Assembly (NCBI GenBank): GCA_018304635.1
Contig: JAGVVW010000001.1
Span: forward strand, 43,693-107,692
Length of the DNA stretch: 64,000 nt
From: Candidatus Aenigmatarchaeota archaeon
Lineage (GTDB): Archaea > Aenigmatarchaeota > Aenigmatarchaeia > GW2011-AR5 > JACRMX01
Reading direction: 5' to 3'
Shown here: positions 38,311 to 47,604 of the stretch, in pieces
How the letters are laid out: every line of letters starts with the position of its first letter
Position numbering within the stretch: the first letter of the stretch is position 1
The notes under the pieces: model-generated
What the model was told of the DNA's origin: nothing
Databases searched by the model: none
The model's input: the letters and a program-made list of their open reading frames with translations, nothing else
Program-made: the position numbers and the translations under genes

Positions 38311-39087
38311 TCACAGCATTCTTTTCAGTATTTCCAGCGCTCTATAGAATTCAGCGCCGTTGTTTTTATGGCCGTCCATGATTTCAGGCACAGCCATTGC
38401 ACTGATATTTTTTATCTTCTTCATAACAAAGGGAAAATCAATCTCGCCACGGCCTATTTGAAGGCCTTCGATATCAGGTGATTTAGCATCTACCATGTGA
38501 AAATGCTTTATTTTTGATTTCAATTCCTTTATAAAGTTTAAAACATTTTTTGTTGACCCGGGATTTGTTGCAAGAAATGTGTGGCATGTATCCAGACAAA
38601 TTCCTGCAGCAAAATCCTCGAAGAAGTAAAAATCTTCAGGCTTTAATAATATGTTTGAAAAAAACTTCTTTCCGTTAACGTGATAAAACCACGGCATGGT
38701 TTCAAGTATAATATTGTCAGATGCAATTTCCTCGAGTGATCGAATCAAATTCCTTTTGAAAGATTCCAAGTCTGCTGGATATGCAGTTCTGGCAGCAGGA
38801 TGTGCGATGACGTATCTTGCATTTATACTATCTGCAAACTTGATTATTTTCTTCATGCGATCAATCCAGTTTTTTCTGTCTTTTCCGCAAAGATCAAAAT
38901 GAATGCCGTCAATTTCAAACGGCGGATGAATCACGAATTCAATATTCATTGTAGAGAACTTTTCAGATAGCTTTTCCAGTCTTTTCATGTCCTTTTCAAG
39001 CATTTGTATTTCTACATATTTCATTTTACCGATAATTTTATCTATATCATCGTAACTTGTTTTAATTCCAAAGTTCATTATACCCAA
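38311..39087 (-). CDS. Xylose-isomerase-like TIM barrel protein
   Basis: HPP, LETMP, CLDTCH, HFHMVD, PEI. Confidence 0.8.
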   Translation of the reverse strand: MGIMNFGIKTSYDDIDKIIGKMKYVEIQMLEKDMKRLEKLSEKFSTMNIEFVIHPPFEIDGIHFDLCGKDRKNWIDRMKKIIKFADSINARYVIAHPAARTAYPADLESFKRNLIRSLEEIASDNIILETMPWFYHVNGKKFFSNILLKPEDFYFFEDFAAGICLDTCHTFLATNPGSTKNVLNFIKELKSKIKHFHMVDAKSPDIEGLQIGRGEIDFPFVMKKIKNISAMAVPEIMDGHKNNGAEFYRALEILKRML

Positions 39088-40145
39088 CCTTTCTTTCTGA
39101 AGTATAGAAACATCATTACACCGATGAAAGCCATGAATATGAGTATGATTGGATAAGCTATAGGATAACTGAGTTCTGGCATATTTACAAAATTCATGCC
39201 GTAAATGCTTGTTATGAATGTCAAAGGAATGAAAATGGTTGCGATGACTGTAAGCATTTTCATAATATCATTCATTTTATTGTTGACGGAAGAAAGATAT
39301 ATTTCAACCATTTCAAAGGATATTTCCCTTAAAATTTCAATAGTTTCAATTATCTGTACTGTATGATCATAAATGTCTTTCAAATATATTTCAGTATTCT
39401 CCTTGAAAATTTTTCCACCATCTTTCTGAAGACTATTTATAATTTCTCTTACAGGCCAAACTGATTTCCGGAGAAATATCAATTCACGCTTAAGAGTCAG
39501 GAATTTGATCATAATTTCGTGCTTCGGATTTTCAATAAGCTCATGTTCCATCTTTTCTATTTTTTCTCCCAATTTTTCCAAAACAACGAAATAATTATCG
39601 ATAATTGTATCAATTAATGTGTAGGCAAGATAGCTGCTATCCATTTTTCTTAATTTGCTTTTGCTATTCTTTATCCGGTCTTTTATAACATCAAACTTGT
39701 TACTAGACATTTCCTGAAAAGATATGACAAATTTAGGTCCGATAATCAAACTTACCTGTTCTATTTTTATTTCCTTATCATAATCGATCATTTTCAAAAA
39801 AATGAAAATGTAATTTTCAAAGTATTCTATTTTTATACGATGGTTTGTATTAGCTATATCTTCTACAAGCAGCGGATGTAATCCCAAATAATCTTTAATT
39901 TTTTTCAGAATTTCTGTCTGATGCACACCCCCAACATCTATCCATGTCGTTGATGGTTTTTTAAAAAATGAAAAACAGTCATCAATGTTTTTGACCTCTT
40001 TTTCAATAACATAGTCTTTTGTATAATCCATCATACGAATTATGACTTTTTCAGATATTTTTTTGCCCACATAGACTACTGACCCCGGAGGAAGGCCTGC
40101 TTTTTTAGATAGGTTTTCGGCTAACTTTTTCATTTGAGCACCCAC
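39078..40145 (-). CDS. corA: Mg/Co transporter CorA
   Basis: YGMNF..MPEL; LHPL..EDI. Confidence 0.96.
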   Translation of the reverse strand: MGAQMKKLAENLSKKAGLPPGSVVYVGKKISEKVIIRMMDYTKDYVIEKEVKNIDDCFSFFKKPSTTWIDVGGVHQTEILKKIKDYLGLHPLLVEDIANTNHRIKIEYFENYIFIFLKMIDYDKEIKIEQVSLIIGPKFVISFQEMSSNKFDVIKDRIKNSKSKLRKMDSSYLAYTLIDTIIDNYFVVLEKLGEKIEKMEHELIENPKHEIMIKFLTLKRELIFLRKSVWPVREIINSLQKDGGKIFKENTEIYLKDIYDHTVQIIETIEILREISFEMVEIYLSSVNNKMNDIMKMLTVIATIFIPLTFITSIYGMNFVNMPELSYPIAYPIILIFMAFIGVMMFLYFRKKGWV

Positions 40146-40213
40146 AAGTTCATATGAATAATGGTTTTATTTTCTTCTAAAGCTTTTTATTAACTTATTA
40201 TTCAATTATTCTT

Positions 40214-41014
40214 ATGAAAAGCTTTTCTAGGCATGCTAAAAAACGAAAAAAAAGAAATATAGCAGGCAGATTTTTCAGTCTTTTCGAGCAATTGACTCTA
40301 AAACAACTGCTCATTTCGTTTTTTGTTCTTATAATATTTTTTGGCTTTCTTTATAATATATTTTCATATATACCAGGCAATGGCTTAATGGGAAAATCAG
40401 GGCTTATAAAACCCGGTCTTGAGGGCATTTTTGATTCCATATATTTCAGTGCTGTAACTACAAGTTCACTTGGTTATGGAGATATAGCACCTATGGGTTT
40501 ATCCAGAATTTTGATCATGTTTGAGGTGTTGCTTGGGCTTTTGTTTATAGGTGCGTTTGCATCCAAAATAATTTCTGTAAAACAAGATATGATGCTTGAA
40601 GAAGTTTATAAAATGTCATTGGACGGGCAAATACGCAGCTTACGATCAACGCTTTTTTTATACAGAAAGGATCTGGAAAAGTCCGATATAGCAAATCCAG
40701 CAAACATGAAAATCCTTACAATTAACATAAGAAATATTATTGCTGAAATGAAAGTGTTTTTCAGGCGAATACTAAAGGACAATCCGGGTGATCATAAAAT
40801 ATATATCGACCTCACGCTTGAAAGTATAAATGATACATTAAAAAAGATAGCTGATAAATCCACTGCTTTGAAAATACCTATTGAAAGGGATGTATTAAAT
40901 GAGATCAGACTGGAAGTAAATGAAATATTAAGGCTTGTGGAAAGAGCAGGCGTTTCACAATCCAGGGCAAGAAATTTAGAAGAAACTATGAAGTTGTTTG
41001 AAAGCATTCGATAA
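40214..41014 (+). CDS. 2-TM potassium channel
   Basis: YFSAVTTSSLGYGDIAP filter. Confidence 0.92.
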   Translation: MKSFSRHAKKRKKRNIAGRFFSLFEQLTLKQLLISFFVLIIFFGFLYNIFSYIPGNGLMGKSGLIKPGLEGIFDSIYFSAVTTSSLGYGDIAPMGLSRILIMFEVLLGLLFIGAFASKIISVKQDMMLEEVYKMSLDGQIRSLRSTLFLYRKDLEKSDIANPANMKILTINIRNIIAEMKVFFRRILKDNPGDHKIYIDLTLESINDTLKKIADKSTALKIPIERDVLNEIRLEVNEILRLVERAGVSQSRARNLEETMKLFESIR

Positions 41015-41047
41015 CGGGTTTTTAAATTATAAAAGCGATCCCAATTT

Positions 41048-41833
41048 ATGAAGATCGGATTATTGCTCAATACACCGGCATTAAGCCCATGCGAAGTAGT
41101 AAATGAACTGGATTTTATAAAAAATACAGGATCAAGGCATTTTGAAATTGTTTACGATCATCCAATAACACATGAAAAACTGAGTGTTGTTGAAAAATTT
41201 CTAAAATCCAACAAAGATTTTACATCTGCTGTTCACGCGCCATTTGTTTATACTGATATATTGTCTATTTCCGATGAGCATAGAAAATATTCTCTGGACG
41301 AGATTAAAAAAGCAATTGTCTTTGCAAAACATATTAAATCGGTTTTGGTTGTATTTCATGCAGGGAAAATCACGGGTTATAATAAAAATCAGCTGAACTA
41401 CGATGCTTTTACAAAACTTGTTAATTTTGCCGAAGCTGAGGGTGTTTCATTGGCTGTAGAAAATATGTCAGCCAAAGCCGGGTTTATCAGAAGCAACTTT
41501 GTTTTTGAAAAAGAAGGTTATGAATTATTTGAAAAATATCCAAGCCTGATGATGTGCCTTGATGCTGGCCATACTATTCAGGCAGGTGAAGACGTCATGA
41601 AATTCATTGAAAAATTTCATGAAAAAATAATAAATATACACCTTCATGATGCTGATATTGACACACATAAAGGTCATATGGCGTTAGGCAGAGGCAAACT
41701 AAATACAGTAGCCTTTTTAAGAAAACTTAAAGAATTCGAATATGACGGATATATTACACTGGAGACGTTGAACAGGAAAGATAGCTTGCATTCGTATAAT
41801 GTTGTTAATGAGATTTTGAAATTGCAAACATAG
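41048..41833 (+). CDS. Sugar phosphate isomerase/epimerase family TIM barrel
   Basis: HAP, VEN, LDAGH, HLHD, H.ALG.G, TLE. Confidence 0.88.
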   Translation: MKIGLLLNTPALSPCEVVNELDFIKNTGSRHFEIVYDHPITHEKLSVVEKFLKSNKDFTSAVHAPFVYTDILSISDEHRKYSLDEIKKAIVFAKHIKSVLVVFHAGKITGYNKNQLNYDAFTKLVNFAEAEGVSLAVENMSAKAGFIRSNFVFEKEGYELFEKYPSLMMCLDAGHTIQAGEDVMKFIEKFHEKIINIHLHDADIDTHKGHMALGRGKLNTVAFLRKLKEFEYDGYITLETLNRKDSLHSYNVVNEILKLQT

Positions 41834-41856
41834 ATTTTATATAATGAGGTGATTTA

Positions 41857-42753
41857 GTGTTGAGACTGAGTGTTGGATTGTTTGGTGATATTGAAATTAT
41901 TGAAAAGCTTGCCAATGATTTAGGTAGAAAGGGAACTGAGAATGATATAATAATTTATAATCACAACAGTTCTGATGCTGCTATGAACTTTGTTTTTCCT
42001 AAAAGCGATAAAATTCAGTCGCTTTTACAGGCAATTGCAATGATTGATATTCCTGTGATTATTTTCGACAACGTTACGCCTGAAGTAGGCGAACAGCTGG
42101 TTGCTCTTGATATGTTTTCCTTTGAAAAAGGTTTTGTAATATCCAAGAATATGGGTTTTCTAAAAGGCACAAGTCTTGAAAAATATAAAATAATATCACA
42201 GAATGAACTGAGAGAAGAATTGTTGAAAATATATGTAGAAAGAAAAGATTTTCCACTGAGAATACCAGTTGACAATTACTTTGATGTCCGAAGTGTTGGA
42301 TTTATTGTTCTCGGCATAATTAAGTCAGGATCTGTGAAAAAGTTTGATAAGCTGATTGTTGAACCACTTGGCAAGGAAGTTCTGGTAAAAAGCATACAAT
42401 CGAATGATAAGGAAATTCAATATGCTGAAAAAGGCACGCGTGTCGGGTTAAATATCAAAGGCATTGATTCAGAAGAAATGAAGAGAGGATTTGTTTTGTG
42501 TAATGGAATGAAAAAGACAGACAAAATTTCATCCAATCTTATAAGATCCAGATTCTGTAAAGAAGAATTGCGACCAGGGGACCAAATACATGTGCTTTCA
42601 GATCTGTTTTTTACGACGGGAACAATAGAAAAAATTTCTGATGATAAGATAACTGTATTGCTTCAGAGAGAAATACCATGCGAAGGCATGATTATTTTTG
42701 CTTCTACGAAAAGTAAATTGCCGCGTATCGTAGGAAAGGGTTTTGTAGCGTAA
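41857..42753 (+). CDS. SelB-like / EF-Tu domain II-III protein with truncated G domain
   Basis: VDNYFDVRSVG.IVLG, VKSIQ..D, GTRVGLNIKG. Confidence 0.85.
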   Translation: MLRLSVGLFGDIEIIEKLANDLGRKGTENDIIIYNHNSSDAAMNFVFPKSDKIQSLLQAIAMIDIPVIIFDNVTPEVGEQLVALDMFSFEKGFVISKNMGFLKGTSLEKYKIISQNELREELLKIYVERKDFPLRIPVDNYFDVRSVGFIVLGIIKSGSVKKFDKLIVEPLGKEVLVKSIQSNDKEIQYAEKGTRVGLNIKGIDSEEMKRGFVLCNGMKKTDKISSNLIRSRFCKEELRPGDQIHVLSDLFFTTGTIEKISDDKITVLLQREIPCEGMIIFASTKSKLPRIVGKGFVA

Positions 42754-42829
42754 TTTCTCATGCCTTTAAATACTTTTAGGTAGAAACAATTTACTTGGGG
42801 AAAATTTTAGAGATTCTGAATTTTGAGGG

Positions 42830-43297
42830 ATGATTAATATGAATAACGAGAATGTTAAGATGGGTGTGTTTAGTATAAGATCTCATCAAGCAGGTCTAGT
42901 TGCAGGTGCTTTTAATGATTATTATGGCGCTGAAGTGAAGTATAAAGCAGACCCATTTTCCAGGGATGGTCGTGTTTCTGATCCTGAAGAGTTTCGTCAA
43001 AGATTGCAAACAGATAGATATGATATGATCATAACAGGTCCGAATGGATTAACAATATTGCAGGAAGTTGGATATAGCGGTCCTGTCGTTGTTATGTCAG
43101 CATATAATCATTTGAGTCGGGGTGATATACATGGATTCAAGCCTTATGCTATTATAAGAAAAAGTGCAAGTCAAGGGCTTCCAAATCAATGTGTTGCTAT
43201 GGCTGATCATTATTTTCGTAACAAGCCAATAAATCCAGAATTACTTGAGAATGTAAGGATACTAAATAAAAATATCCATTCCGATGAAACAATATAA
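42830..43297 (+). CDS. Hypothetical protein, receiver-domain-like
   Basis: YDMIITG..G..L....PVVVMSA...IRK pattern lacking the phospho-Asp. Confidence 0.5.
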   Translation: MINMNNENVKMGVFSIRSHQAGLVAGAFNDYYGAEVKYKADPFSRDGRVSDPEEFRQRLQTDRYDMIITGPNGLTILQEVGYSGPVVVMSAYNHLSRGDIHGFKPYAIIRKSASQGLPNQCVAMADHYFRNKPINPELLENVRILNKNIHSDETI

Positions 43298-43322
43298 ATT
43301 CTGACTGAAAGTATTCATACAT

Positions 43323-43832
43323 ATGCCATATGACCCAATAACCACGTGGATCAGCCAGTTGAATATCCCCTTGCTTACAGTAATTGCTAAAATACTTGAC
43401 AGTGACATGGTTTTTTTGGCTATAATATTCTTGTTTGCTTTTCTAGCAGAACATGGGAAAAAAAGAAACAAACTAATGCTGATACTTATTTTGATTTTTA
43501 TGTTTGGCTTTGCTATGAAACTTTTAATCCATGAGGTTCGGCCGTGTACAGAAATTGTATCAAAAATACAGTGCCCGAATGATTTTTCATTTCCAAGCAA
43601 TCATACTTTAGTAGCATCTGCATTTGCAGTTGCATTGTGGAAAAAAAGAAACGGCTGGATTTTTTCAATATTCACTGTTTTTGTGGCATTTACCAGAGTC
43701 TATCTCGGCGTGCATACTATAACTGATGTTTTAGGCGGAGCAGCTTTGGGTATTGCAGCATATCTGCTTGCTGATATACTGTGGAAAAGAATACCTGAAA
43801 AATTCAAAAAGAAGCTCGGGGTTATGGAATGA
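43323..43832 (+). CDS. PAP2 phosphatase
   Basis: K......RP, SFPSNH, TRVYLGVH...DV. Confidence 0.93.
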   Translation: MPYDPITTWISQLNIPLLTVIAKILDSDMVFLAIIFLFAFLAEHGKKRNKLMLILILIFMFGFAMKLLIHEVRPCTEIVSKIQCPNDFSFPSNHTLVASAFAVALWKKRNGWIFSIFTVFVAFTRVYLGVHTITDVLGGAALGIAAYLLADILWKRIPEKFKKKLGVME

Positions 43833-43852
43833 TAATCGAGGACCAGAAATCC

Positions 43853-44217
43853 TTACTTTTCATTTCTATTTGAAATTTCTTGTCTTTCAAAATCTAAAAA
43901 ACTGTCATTCATATTTTCAAATTTTCTATAATCCTTGTACATTAAATGAAATAGAATTCCGAAGATAACCAAAGGTATACTATAAAAAATCATAATAAAA
44001 AGACTATGTTTTTCAATATTGAAAAAAATAAAAGAAGCTGATACAAACACATTTGAAATAATACCTATAACATTCCTATAATAAAAATAACAGATTCTTC
44101 AGATCTCTTTTCATCATCGTCTCGTGCTTTGATGATATTATCTCGATATTTATGTACAATTTGTTTTAATTCCTTTTCACTTATATTTCGAATTGAAGAA
44201 CTCATTTTTTTCACCAT
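43853..44217 (-). pseudogene. Frameshifted membrane protein
   Basis: MVKKMSS...SVIFIIG then a frame change to VIGIISNVFVSASF near 44070. Confidence 0.55.
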
Positions 44218-44257
44218 TTTGTTCAAATGCTCAAAACGAAATAATTGTAAATTGTAT

Positions 44258-44482
44258 TTAGTAAAACTCTTCTTCCTGTTTTTTGGATTGTTTTATTATG
44301 AATCTTATCGTAGTGGGTTGTATTTTGGGGCGATGACTAATCATGGTGGTTAAAACTTCTTTATCTGTTTGTTTTCTAAATTTTAAATGACGACCTTTTA
44401 TTTTATTAACTTGCTGAAAACCATTGCTTTGTAGTATTTGAATGACTTCTTTCCTTGGTAATGGATGTATTTTTCCTTGCAT
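44258..44482 (-). CDS. hicA: HicA mRNA interferase toxin
   Basis: EVIQIL..NGF....KGRH.KF...H...I...T. Confidence 0.88.
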   Translation of the reverse strand: MQGKIHPLPRKEVIQILQSNGFQQVNKIKGRHLKFRKQTDKEVLTTMISHRPKIQPTTIRFIIKQSKKQEEEFY

Positions 44483-44492
44483 AGAAAAAACC

Positions 44493-44891
44493 TTAACATT
44501 CTTTGCTAATTGGAGTATTTATTGGAATTTTGTCAATAGGCAAGTTTATTGGAATATTCTGTGTCTTTACCTGTATTATGGTTTCAATATTAGGTTTTTT
44601 TGTACATGGATCTGACATATAGTCATCTATCATTTCTATTATGCTTTCAATAGCTTCTTTTTCGGTTTCTCCCTGTGCACAGATATCTATTAGTGGTGTA
44701 GTTGCTATCCATTCATTATTTTCTTTAAATGTCGATATTGGAAAACGTATTTTCATAGATTCTTCTATAGAGTTCTTAATCATATTTTTCATTTCAATCG
44801 GTAATTTTTTAAAGTGTGTTGTTTTTTCAATATCCTTTAAAATTTCAGTTATCTCAATACTTTTCTCAGGATCAGGCATATTTATCACCAT
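44493..44891 (-). CDS. hicB: HicB-like antitoxin
   Basis: AQGETEKEAI..I.E; adjacent to hicA. Confidence 0.85.
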   Translation of the reverse strand: MVINMPDPEKSIEITEILKDIEKTTHFKKLPIEMKNMIKNSIEESMKIRFPISTFKENNEWIATTPLIDICAQGETEKEAIESIIEMIDDYMSDPCTKKPNIETIIQVKTQNIPINLPIDKIPINTPISKEC

Positions 44892-45013
44892 GCTTAAGTT
44901 GCTTATAAAATTTAAATACCCATCTTTTTCAATGACTGTGCAGAGAATGTTTTGGAAATGCTTTGCATTTCTGACTGTTGAAGTATTTATAGATTGAAAA
45001 TTATATCAATTAC

Positions 45014-45217
45014 ATGACATCTCTAAAATGTCCTGTATGCCATATAATGAAAAATAGCTCCACGGACCTAGCTAAGCATATGATTATGCCATCTGCATAT
45101 GAAAATATAGATATCAGACACAAAGATTTTATAAAATCTAATAACCTTAGAAATAAAGAATTAAAGCCACTTGCTGAATTATTAGAGAGAATAGCTGAGA
45201 GGGTTGGTAACGGATGA
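45014..45217 (+). CDS. Small C2H2-like Zn-finger protein
   Basis: CPVC...LAKH...H. Confidence 0.6.
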   Translation: MTSLKCPVCHIMKNSSTDLAKHMIMPSAYENIDIRHKDFIKSNNLRNKELKPLAELLERIAERVGNG

Positions 45218-45762
45218 AAGGAAATCAGTGGTTCATTCTCGGATTTTTGTTTATGATAACCTCTATGATATTTATACAGCAGGACCTTCTCATGACTTCT
45301 TGGGCTTCCCCAACTTCTTGTCCAGAGGGGCAATTCTATTCATGTATAGTATTAGCAGAAATATACGACCCGTTCATTTTGCTTGTTATGTCTATAACAA
45401 TTATTTGTTGGATAATGGGTATTATAGATTGGCTGGAAGAAAAATTAGAGCAAAAATCACAAGAAAAACGAGAATGGGCAGAACATACCATTATAGAAAA
45501 ATTGACTAAGAAATTTAGATTGCGTAGAAAACCGAAGAATATTGGAGAACTTTTTGACATAGCTGCAAAAGAAAATAAAATTGAACATGTAATGATTGAA
45601 TATGAAAAATTTATAAACGAACTCCCTATACTTATAAAAGAAAGGGAAAAAAGGGGCAAAGGGCTAGAAAGAATGGCAAAAGCTGATTTGAAAACAGAGA
45701 AGAAATTACGTAAAAAAACTCAGGAGGATAAAAATCATAGTAATTCCCCGATCTCGCCATGA
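45214..45762 (+). CDS. Hypothetical membrane protein
   Basis: Two TM segments and a charged tail; ATGA overlap. Confidence 0.65.
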   Translation: MKGNQWFILGFLFMITSMIFIQQDLLMTSWASPTSCPEGQFYSCIVLAEIYDPFILLVMSITIICWIMGIIDWLEEKLEQKSQEKREWAEHTIIEKLTKKFRLRRKPKNIGELFDIAAKENKIEHVMIEYEKFINELPILIKEREKRGKGLERMAKADLKTEKKLRKKTQEDKNHSNSPISP

Positions 45763-45811
45763 AATAGTATATATACATCTAATTCGCAGTAAAATCCTCT
45801 ATTTTGATATA

Positions 45812-46065
45812 TGCACCAACCGGGATATTCGCAGTCATTTCTCGAAAAAGGCTGTAATATTTTTCCCCAGGGTTTTTCGTAGGAATATATTACATTTCTC
45901 GAAAAAGGCTGTATCGAACCCGGGCAGCGAGCTGTTTCGAACCGCCTTTAGGAAAAGATATTATAACACATTTACGTAGTTTTCTCTTTTCCCCAAGGGC
46001 TTTTCTCTTTTTTAAAGAGAAAAGGGCTTTGGGAAGCTCGAGTCATACCACTAGACCATTGGTGC
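45812..46065 (-). tRNA. tRNA-Gly(CCC) with two introns (37/38: 46029-45934; 59/60: 45912-45826)
   Basis: GCACCAA/TTGGTGC acceptor, GTCTAGTGGTATGAC D arm, CGAGC TT CCC A|A GCTCG, CCGGG TTCGAT|T CCCGG; BHB at both junctions. Confidence 0.93.
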
Positions 46066-46112
46066 ATGATGTAAGTTAATTACATGCAATTTATATAGTT
46101 ACTCACATATTT

Positions 46113-46910
46113 TTACTCCAAATGATATCCGATTAACCTGTGCGCATTAACAGCTTTGTATCCGCCATTGTTCAGTACAATGATGTTTCCTTTGGCGCCG
46201 ATAACATTGCCAGATATATGCATACCCGAGGTTGGATCTATTGCAGCAGGATTCTGCATCAGTTCATTCAGCCTGTAAAATGAGCGAAAATCATAAATTT
46301 CAGGCTCATGGATTTCAATCTTTTTTGAGACGCTGTCCAAAACTGATGTTAGCTTTTTCAAAGTTGTGTTCGGGTCAATTACAATGTTTTTCATTTTATC
46401 ATTGCCATGAATCCGGTCTTCTATTCCTGCAATGGATCTTATCATGTTTTCATGTTTCCTGACAACCTTCCCATCTTTCATTGTCATTATTTTTGCTGCG
46501 AAATCTGCTCCCTGTTCAATCAGGCGTTCCCTGAGGCGGAAGCCAATAGATATCCCAACTTTTACATGCTCGCCGAAACATGCAAGATATATATTGTATA
46601 TATTTTTCATGCATGACATTCTTTGTTTTGGATTCATACACTCGCCTCTGCAGCTTATGCAGCTGAAATAATCATCTTTTTCCATGCATGATGTACATTT
46701 CCATTCTTCTGTCACTACAGAGCATGATCTATGTACGCCATTGATTACAGAGCCTGTACATGATTTTTTTCCAAGTTTAATATCAAGTTTCTGGTCAAAC
46801 AGCTCTATCTCATTACCAGAATCTAAAATCAGTCTTGGTTTCAACATGTTCCATTTATACTTTATTATCTGCATTCGCCAGCCTCTCGAGACATTTCTCA
46901 ACGCGTTCAA
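46113..46910 (-). CDS. DUF2797 family protein
   Basis: Cys clusters, IYLA....KVGIS....RLIEQGA, G.KGN. Confidence 0.85.
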   Translation of the reverse strand: MNALRNVSRGWRMQIIKYKWNMLKPRLILDSGNEIELFDQKLDIKLGKKSCTGSVINGVHRSCSVVTEEWKCTSCMEKDDYFSCISCRGECMNPKQRMSCMKNIYNIYLACFGEHVKVGISIGFRLRERLIEQGADFAAKIMTMKDGKVVRKHENMIRSIAGIEDRIHGNDKMKNIVIDPNTTLKKLTSVLDSVSKKIEIHEPEIYDFRSFYRLNELMQNPAAIDPTSGMHISGNVIGAKGNIIVLNNGGYKAVNAHRLIGYHLE

Positions 46911-47481
46911 GTGATTTATCGTTCCACAGATCTCTTTTCATTCTGTTAAAAACCCGTTCAGTTTTACGCTTATAATGATCAGGACACGGCATCTGTTCTA
47001 CAATTTTTCTGAAAAATTCAGATTCATTACTGTACTTTGTGTCGTAGAAACTAAGCCATGATATATTGGAGTATATAAAATCGTGAATATCTTCAAAGCA
47101 GGGTTTGTTCATGACAGTCATATAATTATAATAAAATACATCATCATGGTACCCGTGTTTTATCATTTCCCGATTAGCTACTAACTGCTCAAGGTGCCTG
47201 TGTTTTGTGCTAAATCCTTTCTGCTGTATGATTATCTTATATATCATATTCAGGATGAAGCTCCTACAAAACCGCGGATTTTTCATGAGATGCTCGTTGT
47301 TTCTATCTATTTCTATATAGGCTGTGAAATTTTTCAGTTCGGCTTTATTTTTCTCTCCTATTACAAAAACAAGCTTGTCAAAAAGCAGTTTATGATGAAT
47401 ATCATACAGAACTTTATCAAAAATATGAAAGATCCTTTCCACTTCTTCGGTTTTATTGTGAGAACTTTTTACGATTTTCAT
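46855..47481 (-). CDS. Hypothetical protein
   Basis: 208-aa ORF co-oriented with neighbours. Confidence 0.65.
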   Translation of the reverse strand: MKIVKSSHNKTEEVERIFHIFDKVLYDIHHKLLFDKLVFVIGEKNKAELKNFTAYIEIDRNNEHLMKNPRFCRSFILNMIYKIIIQQKGFSTKHRHLEQLVANREMIKHGYHDDVFYYNYMTVMNKPCFEDIHDFIYSNISWLSFYDTKYSNESEFFRKIVEQMPCPDHYKRKTERVFNRMKRDLWNDKSLERVEKCLERLANADNKV

Positions 47482-47604
47482 GATATTTATATAATTTCCC
47501 AGTATTTATTTTGCATTTCTGTAAACCAGATTATTTGCATTCCAGAACGAGTTCAAAAAACCCGTGGAAGCTGTTTTTCAGTTGTTTTGTTATATTCTGT
47601 ATTT

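Noticed and set aside
41857-42753. Selenocysteine machinery explaining the TGA interruptions
   Set aside because: The G domain is truncated as in generic SelB-like proteins, and the TGA sites fit Trp rather than catalytic Cys
43853-45812. Integrated element at the tRNA-Gly 3' end
   Set aside because: HicAB and orphan genes are suggestive, but I found no integrase or duplicated tRNA 3' end
45836-45913. Mini CRISPR array (21-bp repeat, 36-bp spacer)
   Set aside because: Only two repeats, inside a tRNA intron, self-complementary spacer, no cas genes in the window
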